Of a DNA stretch of 64,000 nucleotides, positions 60,727 to 64,000 are shown piece after piece. The stretch is from a virus. Numbering within the stretch: the first letter of the stretch is position 1; each line of letters begins with the position of its first letter. The notes under the pieces were generated by a model that saw only the letters and a list, made by a program, of their open reading frames with translations, made no database searches and was not told where the DNA came from. The stretch lies in the IMG/VR virus record IMGVR_UViG_3300045988_180913; one strand, written 5' to 3'. A program made the translations under genes and the position numbers.

Positions 60727-61638
60727 ATGGAAGATAAAAAAAGACTTGAAATAATGAAATTATGTAAAAAGATAGAAGATAAAAATGGTGAAGGATCAAT
60801 CTATAGTTTAGGGTCAAAAAAAGCAAATATGAATATACCAAGAATTAGCACAAATATAGAAGACTTAGATTATATACTTGGTGGTGGAATTCCAAAAGGA
60901 AGAATTATGGAAATTTACGGCCCAGAATCAAGTGGTAAAACAAGTTTAGGTTTACATCTTTGTAGTTTATGTGACATGGCTTTATATGTTGCAGCTGAAG
61001 GTACATTTGATGCAAGTAGAGCAAAAGTATTTGGTAATAAGCCAAAACAACTATTAGTTTATAGGCCAAGATATGGTGAAGATGCTCTTGACAGAGTAAT
61101 GGAATTTACAAAAGTAGGAATCCCATTAATAGTTGTAGACTCTGTGCCGGCTTTAATGCCAAAAGAAGATTATGATAAAGTAGATAAGAGTCTTGAAAAT
61201 GAACATAGAATTGGCGGAGTAGCAAGACTTTTAAATAAAGCATTACCTGTACTTGAGAGAGAGGTTGAAAAATCAAACACAACAATAGTGTTTATTAATC
61301 AAATAAGAGATAAAATGAATGCATTAATGTTTGGTGAAAAAACTGATACACCTGGTGGAAAGGCATTAAAATTTTATTGCAGTGTTAGAGTTCAAGTAGG
61401 TAGAAGAGCTTGGATAGAAGTCCCAAATAAAGATCCAAGAAATAGTTCAGACAATCAAAAAATAGGTATTATTACAAAATGTAAAGTGCAAAAATCAAAA
61501 ATTTGTAATCCATTTGGTGAATGTGAAATACCAATGATTTTTGATAGAGGATATGTAAGTTATGATGATGTATTAACAATAAGAAAAGAAATAATGGCAG
61601 AGAATAGAAGGAAACAAAAAGAAAAGAAAGAAGGATAA
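60727..61638 (+). CDS. recA: RecA recombinase
   Basis: GGGIPKGRIMEIYGPESSGKTSLGLH, VVDSVPAL, IFINQIRDKM and DTPGGKALKFYCSVR. Confidence 0.9.
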   Translation: MEDKKRLEIMKLCKKIEDKNGEGSIYSLGSKKANMNIPRISTNIEDLDYILGGGIPKGRIMEIYGPESSGKTSLGLHLCSLCDMALYVAAEGTFDASRAKVFGNKPKQLLVYRPRYGEDALDRVMEFTKVGIPLIVVDSVPALMPKEDYDKVDKSLENEHRIGGVARLLNKALPVLEREVEKSNTTIVFINQIRDKMNALMFGEKTDTPGGKALKFYCSVRVQVGRRAWIEVPNKDPRNSSDNQKIGIITKCKVQKSKICNPFGECEIPMIFDRGYVSYDDVLTIRKEIMAENRRKQKEKKEG

Positions 61639-61856
61639 TGTTGAATATTTTCAATAAACCTGAGAATTATAAAAATAAATCTCCATGTAAAAACTGCAAA
61701 GCAAGATATTTACATTGTCATATGGATTGTATAAAATATAATAAATATATTATAGATATACATAATGAAAAGAAAGAAATTAAATTAAAAAGAAATAATG
61801 ATAATGTAGTTTTATATGATTATATGTTTAAAAAATATAAAAAAGGTAAAAGGTGA
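61638..61856 (+). CDS. hypothetical Cys/His-cluster protein
   Basis: CKNCKARYLHCHMDC. ATAATG coupling. Confidence 0.5.
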   Translation: MLNIFNKPENYKNKSPCKNCKARYLHCHMDCIKYNKYIIDIHNEKKEIKLKRNNDNVVLYDYMFKKYKKGKR

Positions 61857-61862
61857 AAATAG

Positions 61863-62660
61863 ATGAGTTTTAATGACAATTTAAGAAAAGCAAAAAATGG
61901 AAGTTTAAATGATAAAAGTATTAATGATATGATAATAAAGCAAAAGTTTTCAAAATTATTTGTATTGATGAGAAATGCAAGACATCTTGATGAAAAAAGA
62001 CAAGGTTTACATGCATCAGCAATTATTGATTCAGATAATCATTTTTGTTTAAGAGAACAGGTTCTTTCTTTATTATTTGAAATGGATCAAGGGGAAGAGT
62101 TGCCTATAAAAGCTTTACAAATATTTGCAGCAGGAACATCAATACATGAAAAATGGCAAAATATGATTGAAAAATTATCAGGTGAAAAAGGCAATAGTAT
62201 TAAGTTAATAAAAAATGAAGCAAGAAGTTTTAATGAAAAATATGAAATTTATTATACACCCGATAGTATAGTGGAAATTGATGGTATAACATATATAATG
62301 GAGTATAAGTCAATGAATACTTATGCATATCAATCAGCAATAAAATCAATTAATCCACATCCGAGTGCAAGAAAACAAATACAACTTTACATGTTTTTAA
62401 CAGGTATTGAAAATGGTATCATATTAATAGAAGACAAGAATAGTCAAGAATTTATGACATATAGAGTAAAGTTTAATTATCATGAAGTTCTTCCATATAT
62501 TTCAAGATTGATTGATGTACAAGAAGCAAAAGAAGAATTTTTAGATTCAGGGGATTTACCTCAAAGAATTTGTAAAAATGCAAAAGCAAAAAGAGCTTGT
62601 GAATGTTCAATGAAAAGTGCATGTTTTAATTTGAAGAAATGTAAAAGGATAGATCAATGA
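61863..62660 (+). CDS. PD-(D/E)XK exonuclease, Cas4/RecB-like with Cys cluster
   Basis: GLHASAI, N-terminal Cys in HFCLREQ, YTPDSIV...IMEYKS (D...E.K), QIQLY, and C-terminal CKNAKAKRACECSMKSAC. Confidence 0.65.
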   Translation: MSFNDNLRKAKNGSLNDKSINDMIIKQKFSKLFVLMRNARHLDEKRQGLHASAIIDSDNHFCLREQVLSLLFEMDQGEELPIKALQIFAAGTSIHEKWQNMIEKLSGEKGNSIKLIKNEARSFNEKYEIYYTPDSIVEIDGITYIMEYKSMNTYAYQSAIKSINPHPSARKQIQLYMFLTGIENGIILIEDKNSQEFMTYRVKFNYHEVLPYISRLIDVQEAKEEFLDSGDLPQRICKNAKAKRACECSMKSACFNLKKCKRIDQ

Positions 62661-62908
62661 CAAGAGTGACTCCTAAATATGAAACAATTACAGTTAGAAG
62701 AGCAAATGATAAAATAGTAAGAGATAGTACTATATTTGATCAATGTGATTGTTGCAATAAACTTGCAAATATAGAGATAGAGTTTACAAAAAGAGTACCA
62801 AACAGCACAGAAAAAGGTTGTGGTAGACCAAAGAAACAAATAAAAAAATGGTATTTATGTAAAGAACATGCTAAAGAGGTTAGAAAAATTTTAGATTATT
62901 TTCAATAA
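62657..62908 (+). CDS. hypothetical zinc-ribbon protein
   Basis: CDCC...C..H cluster. ATGA coupling. Confidence 0.5.
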   Translation: MTRVTPKYETITVRRANDKIVRDSTIFDQCDCCNKLANIEIEFTKRVPNSTEKGCGRPKKQIKKWYLCKEHAKEVRKILDYFQ

Positions 62909-62928
62909 ATAAAAGGGGATGAAATAAG

Positions 62929-63513
62929 ATAAGTAAAATATGTATAGGTATAGATCAATCATACAAAAATACAGGTTGGTCAATTTGCAAAAATAATAAG
63001 ATAATAAAATACGGTAATATATCACCACAAGCCTCTGAGACAAACTCAGATAAAAGAAAATATATTATCAATAATATTAGACAATTAATAGAAGAAAGTT
63101 TATTAGAAGTAAAATCTGATCCTAATAAAATAATCATTATAGTTGAAAGAATAAGACTAAGAAGTCAAGGATTTTTAAACGTTGATTATATCAAATCAAC
63201 AGCAGGTCTAATTATCAATATTATTGATTTAGCACATGAATATAATATTAATGTTTATTCTGTGGACACAAGAAGTTGGAAAAGTAAAATAGTAGGTAGT
63301 TCAAAAGGAAAAAAGAAACAAGTACTTATAACAAAAGGAAAAAATAAAGGAAAATATAAGACAATTACTGACAATAAAATAGAAACTTTGGAATATGTTA
63401 AAAATAATTTAGGTATAGACACGAAAGGAGATGATGATATAGCTGACGCAATTTGCATAAGTAAATATGGTTTTTTACCAAAAAGCTTACGTAATTTAAA
63501 GTTAGAAAAATAG
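62929..63513 (+). CDS. RuvC-fold Holliday junction resolvase, no canonical start codon
   Basis: The frame is open from 62923. ISKICIGIDQSYKNTGWSI (first Asp), IIIVERIRL (Glu), and GDDDIADAICI (last Asp pair). GGGGA RBS lies 9 nt before ATA 62929. The first ATG/GTG/TTG is at 63262, deep inside the fold. Confidence 0.65.
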   Translation: MSKICIGIDQSYKNTGWSICKNNKIIKYGNISPQASETNSDKRKYIINNIRQLIEESLLEVKSDPNKIIIIVERIRLRSQGFLNVDYIKSTAGLIINIIDLAHEYNINVYSVDTRSWKSKIVGSSKGKKKQVLITKGKNKGKYKTITDNKIETLEYVKNNLGIDTKGDDDIADAICISKYGFLPKSLRNLKLEK

Positions 63514-63522
63514 GAGGAATAT

Positions 63523-64000
63523 ATGAGTAATTTAAGTAATTTTAAAAGTAGTTATAATGTAGAGATGAGAAAAATATTAAAAAAGAAAGACAAAAAGATA
63601 AAAAAGACAAAAAGATATATATATTTATTAATAATATTATTGATAATTTCAATGTTTTCAACAGGATTATTTTGTAATATATATGATAAAGAAATAAAAA
63701 AATTGGATAAAAAAATAGTAGAACAAGAAATAATGATAGAAAACTTAAATGATAAATTAAAAAGAAAAAATAATGAAATAAACAATAAAAACATAGAATT
63801 TTCTAAATATAAAAATGAAAAAGAAAATGAAGTAAATGAGTTAAATAAAAAAGTAAAATTATATGAAAAACAAACAGGTATTATTGATAATAAAGTGACA
63901 AGTAAAGTAAATTTAAATATATCAGATTTTAAAAGTTGGATGCCATACACAGCAATAACAGATAGGAGCTCACTGCAATATGAACTTACAAGAAAAGCAA
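63523..64000 (+). CDS. membrane-anchored coiled-coil protein (partial; runs off the window)
   Basis: AGGAGGA RBS plus ATG 63523. TM segment YIYLLIILLIISMFSTGLF and a K/E/N coiled coil. No stop before position 64000. Missing from the ORF track because it is open-ended. Confidence 0.6.
   Translation, partial: MSNLSNFKSSYNVEMRKILKKKDKKIKKTKRYIYLLIILLIISMFSTGLFCNIYDKEIKKLDKKIVEQEIMIENLNDKLKRKNNEINNKNIEFSKYKNEKENEVNELNKKVKLYEKQTGIIDNKVTSKVNLNISDFKSWMPYTAITDRSSLQYELTRKA

Noticed and set aside
63552-63950. 132-aa minus-strand ORF at the window end
   Set aside because: The plus strand carries an RBS-led ORF (63523 onward, open to the window end) with a TM helix and coiled coil. The minus ORF is its hydrophobic antisense shadow.

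Overview
This is a very AT-rich window (judged by eye, not computed). Every credible gene is on the + strand and coding density is high. It reads as part of a large (>64 kb) contractile-tailed phage of a low-GC Gram-positive host. S-layer-homology (SLH) domains and a BclA-C-terminal-like protein point to a Clostridium-like host.

Gene order:
- 1-9.5 kb: an early region of small genes. It holds 2 tRNAs, RNase HI, small terminase (TerS), Nudix, MazG and Lar.
- 9.5-13.3 kb: large terminase (TerL) and portal.
- 13.3-23.9 kb: an unusually placed receptor-binding island, with several fibre paralogues, an S8 peptidase carrying an SLH domain, and a holin.
- 24.9-29.6 kb: a MuF head-morphogenesis gene followed by putative packaged cargo genes (ParB-like nuclease, ADP-ribosylglycohydrolase, ADP-ribosyltransferase).
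- 30.5-45.5 kb: scaffold/protease, capsid, sheath, tube, tape measure and baseplate.
- 45.7-47.1 kb: M15 endolysin, an XhlA-like protein and a protein with only sigma region 4.
- 47.2-50.1 kb: an uncharacterised cassette with spore-surface-like proteins.
- 50.2-64 kb: replication and nucleotide metabolism (DenV-like glycosylase, primase, SSB-like protein, DnaE-type polymerase, RecA, Cas4-like nuclease, RuvC-like resolvase).

The strongest candidate for an undescribed system is at 53.5-57.8 kb. It combines a thymidylate-synthase-like enzyme carrying the Asp typical of cytosine-specific hydroxymethylases, a dimeric dUTPase-like pyrophosphatase and a dNMP kinase. With these sit a HAD-phosphatase/APH-like-kinase fusion, an HxGH nucleotidyltransferase and a transferase resembling T4 beta-glucosyltransferase. 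Together these suggest 5-hydroxymethylcytosine DNA that is further decorated from a phage-made activated donor.

Other notable signals:
- A promoter-plus-leader cassette repeated at least 11 times.
- Two ORF-less promoter-to-terminator units that gate the endolysin gene and the replication module.
- Structured RNAs flanking the tRNAs.
- Two G7 tracts that frameshift adjacent tail-fibre genes.
- A -1 slippery site in the tail chaperone gene.

All functional calls rest on motif recognition by eye and from memory. No database search was run.
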